A DNA stretch of 64,000 nt from Phoronis australis (Eukaryota > Animalia > Phoronida). Shown in pieces: positions 63,392 to 64,000 of this stretch; position 1 is the first letter of the stretch; each line of letters begins with the position of its first letter. Position numbers and translations under genes: made by a program. The stretch lies in NCBI GenBank assembly GCA_002633005.1, contig NMRA01000019.1, forward strand, positions 400,057 to 464,056, in the 5' to 3' direction. The notes under the pieces were generated by a model, which worked only from the letters and a program-made list of their open reading frames with translations, did no database searches and had not been told where the DNA came from.

Positions 63392-64000
63392 AACAAGAAT
63401 ACCGGTAACCCACTTCGCCGAATGGGAAGCTTGTTCAAGCCTCCCGAGCCATCCCCCGGGTGCGCGCTTGTTTCATAAAGCTCCGTCAAGGAGCTTCAAG
63501 CTGATACAGAAGACAACGAAAAAACAGAATTGCCACTAGGGGAACACAACAGCAGTCGCATCCGTCTAATGTGATCGTTGTCCGTTGTCAACTTCACACC
63601 AATATGCTTGCCAAATTTAATAAAGATCCAACCCAGGGTTAGGGAGATACATCCATTAATGCAAAAAACTGCCACTAGGAGGCATCAAAGTAGTCCATGA
63701 TGTACAAAAATCATCAGCCATCCTCTTCACAGTAGAAACATAAAATACAAATTTTCAAAATCATCCTCATAGTGGCTTGGTTGATAGAAGGGTGGACGCC
63801 AAAACAGATTGGAAAACATTAAAAATGGCCACTAGGTGGTGGAAAATACATAAAATAACATTCAAAAATGGGAACATGTCATCACTTCTTTATCAAATTT
63901 CAAAAAAATCTGTCAAGGAACTTAAAAAACAAAAGAAAATGGAAAAAAATGAAATTTCCACTAGGGGCACAGCGTTTATCTGATCCGTCCGAAAGTCGCC
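63392..64000 (+). mobile_element. Probable Helentron-associated (pearl/DINE-1-like) element with degenerate internal repeats, may run off the window
   Basis: Starts AACAAG; CCAAATTTAATAAAGATCC core; CCACTAGG recurs every 130-157 bp; TCCGTCCG near the end. Confidence 0.45.

Overview
This is AT-rich, intron-containing animal DNA, most likely a marine invertebrate (lophotrochozoan-like; inferred, not proven). It is not prokaryotic and has no CRISPR array, rRNA or tRNA gene that I can support. Three host genes are visible. (1) A 5-exon AA15-type lytic polysaccharide monooxygenase on the minus strand (19214->158) has a signal peptide, His1, a TANH second His, a QEEF motif, a Thr/Pro linker and a 6-Cys C-terminal module. 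Its exon 4 carries an apparent 1-bp frameshift. (2) Two C-terminal exons of a conserved, probably F-box/LRR-type gene lie on the minus strand (51606-51427, 39088-38917). (3) A two-exon orphan rhodopsin-family GPCR on the plus strand (54407-56604) is probably nested antisense in an intron of gene 2. Most other sequence is layered transposon debris: TTAA-flanked Kolobok elements (2 kb in two inverted copies, 8 kb, 0.3 kb), a Mag-like Gypsy inserted in one of them, an Academ remnant, a TTAA-flanked Sola3-like element, P-, Harbinger- and hAT-like MITEs, several LINE fragments, a 19-bp minisatellite and a long hairpin. I found no convincing wholly new system. The best leads are the LPMO (frameshift, C-terminal module), an unassigned decayed antisense gene inside the 8-kb Kolobok, and the nested-TE hairpin. 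All calls were made by eye without database searches.
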